Positions 12,405 to 25,200 of a stretch of 64,000 bases of DNA are shown one piece after another. The translations under genes and the position numbers were made by a program. Source of the stretch: Eledone cirrhosa (taxonomy: Eukaryota); the NCBI GenBank assembly GCA_964016885.1, contig OZ024757.1, positions 7,192,001 to 7,256,000 on the forward strand, given 5' to 3'. The stretch's first letter is position 1. Each line of letters begins with the position of its first letter. The notes below the pieces were generated by a model. It ran no database searches and was not told the DNA's origin. It worked only from the letters and a program-made list of their open reading frames with translations.

Positions 12405-12755
12405 CAACAAGTACCCAGTCCACATTGTAAAGTCGTTATGTAGGTGTCATGACAAAAAGCACTCAGCCCACACTGTAAATTGATCTCGTAGGTATCACAC
12501 CAAAAAGCACCCAGTCTACGCTGTAAAGTGGTTGTGTATGATGTCAAATAATGTAGTCATGTAGGTGTCAGAACAAAAAGTGCCCAGTCCACACTGTAAA
12601 TATGGTTGACATTAGGAAGGGCATCCCTCCGTGTAAACAAAGACAGAAACAGTTCTGTATGAGCAAAACATGGTCACCTGACCGAAATTGCTTCAAATGG
12701 GACAACCCGTCAAACCCATGCTACCTTGGAAAATGGCCGTTAAATGATAACGATA
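12405..12755 (+). mobile_element. RTE-family 3'UTR fragment with internal ~48-bp tandem units
   Basis: Repeated cccagtccacactgtaaa units followed by the ttaggaagggcatcc...aacccatgcta tail. Confidence 0.65.
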
Positions 12756-13269
12756 TATTTATGTATATGAATTTTTTTTTCTTTTATGCCTGGGAGTGAA
12801 AGGCCTCCAGTTGTTGTCACAACCTTCTAGGAGAAGGAAACTCTGAAAGAAAACCTGTGGCTTAGGAAGCATCTGATGATGTTGATCAGTTCTCCTTTTT
12901 GGGTAGCGTTTTTGATGTTCAGAGAGTGGGATTGGTTGAGTGCAAGACCTTTCCCCACTTAAAAAACCTTCAAAGCACAGGCATTGCTTGTTCAGGATAT
13001 GTTATAAGTTTGTATGGCTGGCCGTAGCCTAAAAGTGGACCAAACTCTATAATGTGACAAGTGATTGCAAAACTCTTAGCAGAGTTTTCAGCCTTCACAT
13101 GTATATACAGAGATAAAATGTGGTTGGTGTTAGGAAGGGCATCCAACTATAGAAAACCTGCCAGATACGAGTGAGAGATGGTCACCCGATCAATGAAGTG
13201 GGACAATTCCCATCTAACCCATGTTAGCGTGGCAGACATTTAATGATTATGATGATGATACATATAAAT

Positions 13270-13722
13270 ATGTCACTGGACCGAGAGCTTTGGCGCTACA
13301 CAGTAATAGAGAAGACCCACCTTACCTAAGTACAAAGTGAAACCTACTACAGTCAGTAGCCACCTCTAACAAAATACACCCCCGTCCCACTACCCCCACC
13401 CCATCCACACCACCCCTTTCAATGTAAAGTTATGTTGGTACCACAACATCCATTCCGAAGCAAATGAGGTCATGTAGGTGTCACGACAAAAAAACACACA
13501 GTCCACGCTGTAATGTGGCCGTGTAGGTAACATGGTAAAAACCTCCCAGCCCCACATTGTAAATGTGGTTGGTGTTAGGAAGGGCATCCAGCCGTAGAAA
13601 ACCCAGCAGACAGTCCTATGCGAGCAAGACAACCACTCTTGCCTCAAGTGGGAAAACTCCCGTCCAAACCAATGCAAGCGTGGAATATGGACGTTAAATG
13701 ATGATGAAGATGATGATGATGA
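13270..13722 (+). mobile_element. 5'-truncated RTE LINE 3' end with (GAT)n tail
   Basis: Colinear with 28123-28530. Confidence 0.85.
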
Positions 13723-13829
13723 TATATTTATAATGTGTATATATATATATGTATATATGTAAATATATATATATGTATTTGTGTATATATATATTTGTAC
13801 ACATATATATGTGTATATATATATGTATT

Positions 13830-14039
13830 TCATCATCATCATCATTTTACATCCACTTTTCCCTGCTTGCAAGGGTGGGACGGTAAACAACACATCACCT
13901 GGTCTGAGAATTGAACTCACGACCTTTCGATTGCAAGGCCAATGCTCTAACCACTAAGCCATGTGCCTCCACATATGTGTGTGTGTATATATATGGAGGC
14001 ACATGGCTTAGTGGTTAGAGCATTGGCCTTGCAATTGAA
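13830..14039. mobile_element. Internally deleted SINE B (minus) with an inverted duplicate of its tRNA head
   Basis: 13924-13970 and 13991-14039 are reverse complements; RTE-type tail at 13830-13880. Confidence 0.75.
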
Positions 14040-14749
14040 CATTGTACACAGTGTGGAATGACTGTATGTACGGTGGATGGAATTAGTAAGTAATTATTTG
14101 TTGTGGGCCTAAATACTCAGATATGACCTGATATAACAAAAAGAGAAAATATTGACTAAAGCCATTGTGATCACTAGTTGACTTCTGATGATAGGAATGT
14201 CTAAAAATATAAAATATAGATTATAAACAGGAATAGAAAATGAAAAAACTTGGAAATATTTTTTCAGGGTCTCAAAAGCCGAATGAGAAAGTCCTGTGGA
14301 AGGTAGCAGGACTGTGAGGAATAAATTGGTATGAAGTTGGTGAGTATAAGATTACAGTATCTTGTTGATTTCTATAAAGTTTACTTTTAACTGAATTGGT
14401 AAAAATGGATAAATTAGAAGATGCAATATAACTAATATTGTCTTCTAAAACAGGGAATAAAAATCTGTTGGTGTATTGGGGTAAAAAGTGAGTTAATGGG
14501 AATGTTTTTGTTTGTTTTTATTGAAACATATTAAATCTACAGATAGGTTGTTATTGTTATTTAGTCTCGGTTCTGCCATGATCTGCAGATTTATAATGGA
14601 GGGTGTTCCAGGTGTGACCACCCTACATTATTCCTAGAGATTGTTACTCCTTCATTCTTCAGTCATCTTGGTCTTATGAGATGGTGTAGTCTTATTGTTA
14701 AGGTTATGGTCTTCCTTTGTCCACACTCTCTACCAAAGGCTTCCTTCTC

Positions 14750-14965
14750 TGGAAAAAGATTTAATGTTCATAACCATCTGTCTATTTGTTTTCTGATGAG
14801 AATAAAGTTAATCTTGCTTGTATGTCTACCTGATCAAATGACTGGCTGATACCTTGAAGTCATTTACACCACAGAACTGTAGGAGTCTTGATCCCTCAAG
14901 CCATACCTCTAGCCATCATGTACTCCAAAAGAGTCACCTTGGTGCTACTCAACATGTCCATTAAA
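14750..14965 (-). mobile_element. RTE AP-endonuclease fragment, inverted relative to the adjacent RT fragment
   Basis: Minus strand gives degenerate FNGHV...GVHDG...EGSRLLQFC...SHLI...SKINFILIRKQ. Confidence 0.65.
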
Positions 14966-14967
14966 TT

Positions 14968-16288
14968 TAGCAGCAAGGATGCCCTCTTCTTAGTGAGACA
15001 ACTACAAGACAGGTTCTTAGAGAAGAATAAACTACTATACTTAGCTTTTGTTGACCTAGAGATGGCCTTCGATAGAGAACCCCGATCTGTCATCTGGTGG
15101 TCCCTAAGGAAACTAGGTGTAGTGGAATGGCTTGTGAGGACAGTGCAAGCTATGTACAGGGATGCTGTCAGTAAAGTGAGGGTAGGAATGGAGTTTAGTG
15201 AGGAATTCAAGATATAAGTAGGTGTACATCAGGGTTCGGTCTTCAGTCCGCTCTTGTTCATTATAGTCCTCCAAGCCATAACAGAGCAGTTTAAGACTGG
15301 CTGTCCATGGGAACTTCTCTATTCTGATGATCTGGTTCTTATAGCAGAATCAGTAGAGGAGCTAGAGAATAAATTCTGGCTATGGAAACAGCAGTTGGAA
15401 GCAAGAAGACTGAGAGGAAACCTAGCTAAGACAAATGTGTTTATAAGTAGAAGAGAAGACAAAACTCTGATTCCGTCAGGGGAATGGCCATGTTCGATAT
15501 GTAGAAAAGGAGTTGGCATAAATTCTATAAAATGTTCACAAGGCAGATCTTGGGTACACAAGGGATGTAGAGGGATAGCAGGAAAACGGACAGGTAAGGA
15601 GAAATACGTATGCAGTAGATGTACAGGGAAATTTGACAGAGATTGCAGTGATAGACACATTTTTCAAATGCAGGTAGGATCTATAGAGGTAGTTGATAGC
15701 TTCTGATACCTAGGTGATCAGATTAGTAAGGGAGGAGGGTGTTCCGAGGCCATAGTATCTAGAATAAGGACGGGTTGGAAGAAGTTTAGGAAGCTGCTTC
15801 CTCTGCTGACAATGAAGGGTTTCTCCCTACAGAAGAAAGGCCGGTTGTATGATGGCTGTGTGATGCTGCATGGTAGTGAGAAATGGGCAGCAACTGCAGA
15901 GGAAATGTGACGGCCGGAGAGAAATGAAGCAAGCATGCTCCATTGGATGTACAATGTGAATGACCCAGCATAGACCAGTTGAGAGAGAAACTGTATAAGA
16001 GGGATAAGATGTAGTGTGCAGGAGAGAAGACTGTGTTGGTATGGATGTGTGATATGCATGGCGGGTGACTGCTGAGTAATGAAGTGCCAAGAAATCCCAG
16101 TGGAAGGAAGACGCAGTAGATGAAGACCACAAAAAACATGGGGAGAGGTGGTGAGAGCAGACCTCAGATCGCTGAAGCTCACAGAGTAGATGACAAAGGA
16201 CCGTGTCAAATAGAGGGATGATGAATAGGACCCATCCCACCCTTGCAAGCAGGGAAAAGAGGATGTAAAATGATGATGATGATGATGA
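14968..16288 (+). mobile_element. RTE LINE, decayed RT plus PHD-like insert plus (GAT)n tail, inside the death-domain intron
   Basis: DALFLVRQLQ, AFVDLEMAFD, GVHQGSVFSPLLF, LLYSDD, WYGCV motifs; several stops and frameshifts. Confidence 0.92.
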
Positions 16289-17220
16289 GGAAATATTTGT
16301 CACTTGTCATTGATGTCTTGGTAGATTTTAGGCAGAACCATGACTATTTCAGACACTGATCTTGTGATGTTATTGAGGGGTCTTCAATCTCATCCTTTAA
16401 ACCTTTCCTATGGATGACATGTTGTGAGTATTGGTTATCAATGTTGGATATTTAAATTCTGAACCAGTTCTGACAATACAAAAACTTCTGCCATTTCTTT
16501 GCCATAATTTTCTCAAGTCTATTTTCTTTAATCTTCTTCTTCTTTCTTCTCCTCACTTCAACTTCTTTATTTTTGTCGGTAACCTTGGAAACATATAACA
16601 ATATTTTAGAATTTTTATGTTAATTATATCTATTACTCTACAGCTAGTTACTTTGTTATTTACAACAACCTGTGGTATACATATTTTATATAACTAATCT
16701 GTTTAATGTTGTTATTGTTGTTATAGTATTGGTTTCTTATTGTTTTATATTTTACAGGTGTTGAATTAGAAGTTCCATCTATTGAACTTGACACAATAGA
16801 GCATGACAATCCTAAGAGTGTTGTGAAACAGGCTTTTCATATGTTACGCAGATGGTGTGAAAAATGTAAACCAGAAGAATGCACCATAGCCACTCTGAAA
16901 GAAGCTCTAAAGACAGAAGAATGTTTTGAGGCTCTTCGTTGTCAATATTTAAAGGAAAATTAGTCTCTAGCATCACCATCATCATCATCATCATCATCTT
17001 ATATCTGTGTTCCATTCTAGCATTAGCTGGATGGCTTGTGTTGTCATGGAACGAGACCAGACATTGCTGGATGACGTTTTCAATGACAACCACTTTACAG
17101 AGTGGACGGGGTGCATTTTATTGTGGAACCCTCATGACTACTTTACAGAGTGAACAAGGTGTATTTTATTGTGGCAGCAACTCTATCTCTTTACACTACC
17201 ACTTTATACCCTTGTGTGTG

Positions 17221-17254
<34 letters not shown>

Positions 17255-17537
17255 TGTGTATATATATATATATATATATGTATATATGTGTGTATGGGGG
17301 AAAAGGAGGGAAAGAAAGAAAGTGTGAAAAAGAGAAGAATTACTTTTACCAAAAATATTGTTTATCACCAAATTATAAATAAATAAAATATTCTATTTTG
17401 GTAGATTCAGTCGTTTGTTAAATTCATTTGATTTATTTTGATATGTTGTATATATATATATATAATTAAGTAGTGTATGTATTATTTCTGTATACACACA
17501 CAGAAATATATACATACAAATATATATATATGTGTAT

Positions 17538-17862
17538 ATCATCATCATCCTTTTACGTCCACTTTTCCCTGCTTGCTAGGGTGGGACAGGAACTGATTCT
17601 GGCTTGATCTCTACAGCTGGATGCCCTTCCTAACACTAACCTCATTTACAGTGAGTGCTGGGTGCTTTTTTTCCGTGGTGCCTACACGTCCACTTTACAG
17701 TGTGGGCTGGGTGCTTTGTTTGCCGTGGCACCTCCACGACCACTTTGCAGTGGAATGATAGAGACCCCATCCCTATCATCTCATTTCTACAGCTGAGTAA
17801 ACTGGAGCAATGTGAAATAAAGTGTCTTGCTCAAGGAAACAACACATCACCCGGTCTGAGAA
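17538..17862 (-). mobile_element. 5'-truncated SINE B with RTE-type tail
   Basis: Colinear with 26580-26860. Confidence 0.8.
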
Positions 17863-17949
17863 TATATATATAATTAAGTAGTGTATATATTATTTCTGTA
17901 TACACACACACACACAAATATATACATACAAATATATATATATGTGTAT

Positions 17950-18500
17950 ATCATCATCGTAATCATCATCATTTAACGTCTGTTATTTCACACTTGATAT
18001 GTTAGACAAGGTGTCATGTTATGAAACATGTCAGGTCATGTGAACATGTCTTGCTCACATGGATATGTATTTTGGTTTGGTTTCTACAGCTGGATGCCCT
18101 CCCTAATGCCAACCACATTACAGTGTGGACTGGGTGAATGGTGAGGTGTAGGGAGAAGATTGGTGCAGATTAGTGTGTACTCTACATGTTTGTTTCATAT
18201 CATTTTACATGGGATGTGGGGCAGGTCTTCTGCAGTACAGCATGATCAAGAGATCTCAATACTGTGTCGTCTCCTTTGAGAGTTTGTGTGAGGTCAGCTT
18301 TTATCACGTCCTTCCAAGTTTTCCTAGGTCTTCCACTTCCAGAGCTACCATCAACTTTGAGAGCCCTAAATATATTTATACAGCTGTCACCCTCCATACA
18401 CACCCCATACCACTACAATCTCCTCTCCTGCACACTACATCTGATCCCTCTTATGCCTAGTTTCTCTCTCAGTTCTCTCATGCTTTGACTATGTAGTGGC
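17950..18500 (-). mobile_element. RTE LINE 3' fragment(s)
   Basis: GRPRKTWKDVI motif, ERRL*WYG-like segment, ggatgccct 3'UTR motif, (TGA)n tail. Confidence 0.75.
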
Positions 18501-18714
18501 TGTGTCTTTACAGTTGTTGGATGCCCTTCCTAGTACCAACCACTTTTACAGTGTGGAACTGGGTGGCACTGTTATGGGGAATGTCTGGTCAGCTGGCCTC
18601 GCTGTACCCTGCTCACAGGGGAACCGTAATTGGGGAGCTGAGAGGTCCCATTATGAGGGATGTCAGGCCAATTGGCCGCACCATGCCTTGCACCTCATGA
18701 GGTTCACTCTGGTC

Positions 18715-19067
<353 letters not shown>

Positions 19068-19336
19068 TCACCCAATAAAATAATTATTACATATCAACGA
19101 AGCAGTCTCTTACCTTGTTACTCGATGTGCTAGAAATAGCAGCCAACTGACTTTTAAACGTTTTACATGAAGAGAATTACACATCTGGCTGTGTGTGTAG
19201 ACATGGAGGGAAGTTAGTGGTTGTTATGAAAGAGGATGATAAACAAGACAAATACCAATAATTCTGGTTAGATATAAGTTACTTCACTTCAGCAAAAAGG
19301 TAAAAAAATCTGATTACTTCAAATCATAAATATAAT

Positions 19337-19525
19337 TGTTTCTACTTTAGGCACAAGGCCAGCAAATACCCAGTACATTACTGGTACTTTATTTTATCGA
19401 CCCCGTAAGGATGAAAAGCAAAGTTAACCTGGGCGGGATTTGAACTGAGAATGTAAAGGGATGTAACTATGCGAGAAAGCATGGCATCCAACCCTCTACC
19501 GTTACTGCCAATTCACCACCCTCGT
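19337..19525 (-). mobile_element. Full-length SINE A with 14-bp TSD
   Basis: atcataaatataat at 19323-19336 and 19526-19539; A/B-box head. Confidence 0.9.
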
Positions 19526-19579
19526 ATCATAAATATAATGTTTGATTGTAGTATTTACAAATGAATATAGTGTTGTATA

Positions 19580-19895
19580 ATAAGGCTCCTGTGTTGTGCT
19601 GGAGAATATTTGTTTAATATTGACAAGTTGAAGTCAGACAGTATGTACCAGTAGAGGTAGTAGTAAGCAGTGGCAAGGGAGCTGTGTTGTTTATATGAAG
19701 AGGCAGATGACTGAGTTAGGACCACAGGACAGCCTATTTGTAATGACAGCTAGTTATTTTTGATAAATAACAGATGGCCTCAGAATATGTTCTCCTTTGT
19801 AGGAATGGTGCTGTAAAACCTAGCCCCCAGAAAATATATCTGTTGTCTTCTCTGCGAGGTCACAGGTCACTTCGTGGTGGCCATGTCCATAAGAG
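19580..19895 (+). pseudogene. Possible transferrin/melanotransferrin-family remnant
   Basis: With frameshifts: SGKGAVL.LYEEADD...DHRTA...SEYVLLCRNGAVKP.../YICCLLCEVTGHFVVA, resembling transferrin-lobe GAxRCL..GDVAF.H.T...YELLC.DG...Y..C.LA.VP.HAVVA. Confidence 0.4.
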
Positions 19896-19941
19896 AACAC
19901 TGTGGGAAAACATTTCTTTCACGACACACACATTTATATAT

Positions 19942-21680
19942 CATCATCATCGTTTTAATGTCTGCTTACCTTGCTAGTAAGGGATAGTTGAGTATATATA
20001 GACTAAGTCAGTACTGATGCACGGCTGCTGACCTTCCAGGATGGTTAGGAGTCTGTTATCTCTCTTATGTATGATCTCACATACTATCAAGTGCACAGGA
20101 GAGGTTGTCATGTCTTTAACTCAAGTGAAGGGTCCTCCCAGCACTTTGTATGGCAAGCTTTCTATGGCTGGATACCCTTCCTAGCACCAACTTTATAGCA
20201 TGTAGTGGGTGTGTTTATCTTGTAGATCACCAACACTAGGAACATTGTCCTGTCTTTGACACCACTGAAGGGTCCTCTTCACCTGTCTCCTGTCTTTTTC
20301 CATGGAGATGAGAACACCAAAGTGGTGGGGGTGGCATTCACCAATGTCAGAAACGGGGAGGTGTAGTGATGGAGAGAATAGCAGAGTGATAGGGAAGGGG
20401 CATGGTAGCTACTAAGGAGTGATAGTGAAGGGTTCTAAGGGTTTATAGTGGGGGAGACAGAAGCTAAGGGATAAATACTAGAGGGAGGTGGCATGGATGG
20501 AGTGGGGGTATTTTGTTGAGATGAGGAGAGCTGCTAGGGAGTATTAGTGGAGGGGGGCATGGATGGAATGGGGATATTTAGTGGAGATGAGGAGAGCTGC
20601 TAGGGAGTACTAGTGGAGGGGGCATGGATGGAGTGGGGGTATTTAGTGGAGATGAGGAGAGCTGCTAGGGAGTACTAGTGGAGGGGGCATGGATGGAGTG
20701 GGGGTAATTAGTGGAGATGAGAGCTGCTAGGGAGTACTAGTGGAGGGGGAATGGATGGAGTGGGGTTATTTAGTGGAGATGAGGGGAGCTGCTAGGGAGT
20801 ACTAGTGGAGGGGGCATGGATGGAGTGGGGGTATTTAGTGGAGATGAGGAGAGCTGCTAGGGAGTACTAGTGGAGGGGGCATGGATGGAGTGGGGGTAAT
20901 TAGTGGAGATGAGAGCTGCTAGGGAGTACTAGTGGAGGGGGAATGGATGGAGTGGGGGTATTTAGTGGAGATGAGGGGAGCTGCTAGGGAGTACTAGTGG
21001 AGGGGGCATGGATGGAGTACATAACAGTGAGGGGAGTGTCTACTAGATTGTGAACTGTGAGGGATTCTAGGTTTTGAAGGGGGCAACAGATAAGGAGTGG
21101 GGGGGGGGGGGTGTAGTGAGAAATACCTGTTAGGGAGTGCTAGGGAGAGGGAAGATAAGGGGATAGGTCAGGCCACAGTGTATGCTGTTGACCAGGTCTT
21201 CACTATCATAACATAGTGCCAACCCTTGTGGTCCTTTATCATTTCTGTTGTGATGTCTTTTAAGGTCTTCACACACTCATCCCATGTCTTCCTAGGTTTG
21301 CCTCTTCCAATGGTCCTAACCACATCAGTTTTTCTCCATTTCTTTATGCAGCTGTTATCTTTCATACACATCACATGTCCATACCAACGTAGTCTTCTCT
21401 CTAGCACACTACATCTACTTTCTCTTATACCAACTTATTCCCTCAGTTTCCTAATGCTGCTCATCCATCAGAGCATACATATATATAACACCAACACCTC
21501 CTCTATCTTCTGAGTCTCTATATCTTCTTCTTTACTGTGAAAAGTGTCAAACAAAATATCTCTAAATTTGTTACTGGCTGAGGGCTCCTTTATCTTCCAT
21601 ATTCTTCTTCTCCAGGTTGCCCTCTGTCTCTGAGTTCCTCTAGACATAACTATAAAGTCACTAACTACTAGGTTACACAC
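19942..21680 (-). mobile_element. Old internally deleted RTE LINE with long 3'UTR
   Basis: LVVSDF/RRIWKIKEP (end of EN) at 21680-21580; ERRLRWYGHV...GKPRKTW at 21407-21170; tail at ~19942. Confidence 0.7.
20480..21020. repeat. ~63-65-bp G-rich minisatellite inside the RTE 3'UTR, ~8 copies
   Basis: gagatgaggagagctgctagggagtactagtggagggggcatggatggagtgggggtatttagtg. Confidence 0.9.
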
Positions 21681-21779
21681 TCATGTCTCAGGTGTGTGTT
21701 TACCTTCCTCTATACCCACTCTACTTCTTCACATCAATAGACTACTCCCTTGATTTGTGGTCTCAGCACCGTAGACTTT

Positions 21780-22140
21780 CATCATCATCATCATCATCAT
21801 CACTGTTTAACGTCCATTTTTCCATGCTAGCATGGGTTAGATGAGTTGTCCTATTGTGAGACAATTCAGATCAGATGACCGTGTCTTGGTTTCCATGACT
21901 GGATGCCCTTCATAACGCCAACTACTTTGCAGTGTGTATTGGGTGCTTTCTGCAGTATCACCAAAATGACTACTTTACAGTGTGGACTGGGTACTATCAT
22001 GGCACCAACATGACTACTTTACAGTGTGGACTGGATACTATCATGGCACCAACATGACTACTTTACAATGTGGACTGGGCACTATTTATTGTGGCACCAA
22101 AATGACAACTTTACAGTGTGGACTGAGCACTTTATGTTCT
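21780..22140 (-). mobile_element. RTE-type 3'UTR with ~5 internal 44-48-bp tandem units
   Basis: (CAT)n tail at 21780; units actttacagtgtggactgggtac...ggcaccaacatgac. Confidence 0.7.
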
Positions 22141-22214
22141 CCTTCTTGCACTTGCAGTAAAAGCAGGCACGAAATATCGCAGCAGATACAGTAAAAGCGT
22201 CCAAATATAAGAAA

Positions 22215-25200
22215 GTATGACACCGGTAAGAGGGGTGAAACATTGTCAATGACACCGAGTACCTGCTGTCTTCATTATAACTTTAATTAATGGCGGTGGA
22301 TTGGCAGTATCGGTAGAGGGTCGGACGCCATGCTTTCCAGCATAGTTACGTCCCTTTACGATTTGAGTTAAAATCCCGCCGATGTTGACTTTGCCTTTCA
22401 TCCTTACGGGGTCGATAAAATAAAGTACCAGTAATGCACTGGGTTATTGCTGGCCTTGTGCCTAAAGTAGAAACAATTATAACTTTAATTAATCTAATTA
22501 TATCTTGTGTAACAATTATATATATATATACACAATTTTAATTCCCCGACATCAGTCTTACACTGTCATATCTATTCTTACTTTACAATTGTGTCTACTA
22601 AGAGTTCCATTACAATCTGTAGTAGTAAAACTACTATTTCACCAGAACATCTGCTATCAGTCATTTATAGACAATATATATATTTTAGACCACATATCAA
22701 CCTAATATATATATATTTCCTATCAAATCTGTAGCTAAAGACATAAAGTCAGCCTCACTACTTCATTCTGACAAGATATCAATTTATGACTAAAGATGAA
22801 GAAGATACACCAACGTTAATGTCGTGAAATAAAGCTGATAACATTGAAACTTCTAATTTGATAACAAAGAGATTATTTCTTTGGTTGTTTAGTAAAAACT
22901 AACAACACAACACATTGATTATATGTGAAGGAGGTAAGTTGACAAAGATTTACTTAAAGTCTATATTAATGATAGCCACAAATACTAACTGCTATACTGT
23001 ACATTAGATAATGTAGTCCTAGATACACTATATCTGATAGCTACTATACTGTACATTATATAATGTAGTCCTAGATACACTATGTCTGATAGCCACTATT
23101 CTGTACATTATATAATGTAGTCCTAGGTACACTATGTCTGATGGACACTATACTGTACATTAGATAATGTAGTCCTAGGTACACTATATCTGATAGCCAC
23201 GTTATTGTACATTAGATAATGTAGTCCTAGGTGCACTATGTCTGATAGCCACTATACTGTACATTAGATAATGTAGTCCTAGGTACACTATGTCTGATAG
23301 ACACTATACTATACATTATATAACGTAGTCCTAGATACACTATGTCTGATAGACACTATACTGTACATTATATAATGTAGTCCTAGGTACACTATGTCGG
23401 ATAGCTACTATACTGTACATTAGATAATGTAGTCCTAGATACACTATATCTAATAGCCATTAATACTAATTTCTATACTGTACATAAGATAATGTAGTCT
23501 TAGATAAACTATGTCTTATAGCCAGTAATACTAACTACTGTACTGTAGATTAGATAATGTAGTACTAGATACAATATGTCTGATAGTCACTAGTAAATAC
23601 GTAGTTCTAAGGGAGATTCAGCGAGATGTATGACATGGCTACCCTTTGAAATACATGTAGAACCCATCTTATATTATAATGTGTGAGTATTTCATTGACA
23701 CGTATACCGTTGACATTGTTCTCAGGAAGATTCAGTGTGACAATTCTATGTAACAACGTTTCCACTATAATTACTGGTACAACTTATTATTTTTGCCAGC
23801 TGGGTGAAGTCAAACAATGAGAAATAAATTGTCTTGTTCAAGGCCTCAACGTACAGGTCACCAGGTCTGGGATTCGAACTCACGAACCATACGTTGATGT
23901 ACTGCGTGCTATCACCGCCTAAATCCGGTTTCCTCCACACAAAATACACCAGAATAATTTAATCCGGATTAATTCACGAACAAGAATTACAATAAGTCGC
24001 TGAGAGTGATCTCCCTTGGCTGACTTTAAAATCTTTTCTTCTTCCATTAGAAATTAATTTGTTTCATGTCCGACTGAAAGACTCTGGAGTTTTTACCTGT
24101 CTTGGGTTTAATTAATGAGGAATTTTGAGGTATTTATAACAACTATTAATTATTTCATTACTGAGATATCATTGGAAGGATTTACTAAAGTTTTTAATTA
24201 TTAATTATTTTATTAGTAACTTAACATGTGGTTCTTGTATAAAATTATGTTGGAAGATTTTAGAAAGCTGTGTAGCCGGTCCCGGTAAAATAGACTCCCA
24301 CGCTATGTAGCCGGTAAGAGTGTCAGACTCCATGCCTTGCGGCCCTTTATGGTCTGAGTTGAGACACTTTAAAATCTTTTCCACCATCAATTATTAAAAA
24401 AACAAGTTAAAGTCATTTTGTCGTCCATTCGTAACGTATGTTACACATTAGTTACTTACACATCTACTGTGTTATATACACACTTCTACTGTGTTACACA
24501 CACATATCTACTGTGTTACACACACATATCTACTGTGTTACATACACACATCTACTGTGTTACATACACACACATCTACTGTGTTACATACACACTTCTA
24601 CTGTGTTACACACACATATCTACTTTGTTACATACACACACACCTACTGTGTTACTTACACACACATCTACTGTGTTACATACACACATCTACTGTGTTA
24701 CATATACAGAGATCTACTGTGTTACATACACACATCTACTGTGTTACATACACACAGATCTACTGTGTTACATACAAACACATCTACTGTGTTACATACA
24801 CACTTCTACTGTGTTACATACACACACATCTACTGTGTTACATACACACACACATCTACTGTGTTACATACACACTTCTACTGTGTTACACACATATCTA
24901 CTGTGTTACATACATATCTACTGTGTTACATACATATCTACTGTGTTACATACACACATCTACTGTGTTACATACACACACATCTACTGAGTTACATACA
25001 CACACATCTACTGTGTTACATACACATCTATGTTACATACACACATCTACTGAGTTACATATACACACATCTACTGTGTTACATACACACACATCTACTG
25101 TTACATACACACATCTGTGTTACATATACACACATCTACTATGTTACATACACACATCTACTGTGTTACATACACACACATCTACTGTGCTACATACACA

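Larger units (their letters stand above)
14040..16963 (+). pseudogene. Terminal three exons of a death-domain gene (~14040-14085, 14268-14339, 16758-16963) with in-frame TGA at 14315-14317
   Basis: Canonical phase-1 sites (A|gtaagt, ttttcag|, G|gtgagt, ttttacag|) splice to HCTQCGMTVCTVDGIR-SQKPNEKVLWKVAGL*GINWYEVG-VELEVPSIELDTIEHDNPKSVVKQAFHMLRRWCEKCKPEECTIATLKEALKTEECFEALRCQYLKEN*, matching the death-domain pattern. Confidence 0.8.

Noticed and set aside
14315-14317. Selenocysteine reading of the death-domain TGA
   Set aside because: Position is normally aliphatic, not Cys, and I see no SECIS downstream of 16963
16320-16590. K/E-rich minus-strand exon-like stretch, faintly similar to 3990-4260
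   Set aside because: Low complexity, stops in all frames, similarity too weak to assert
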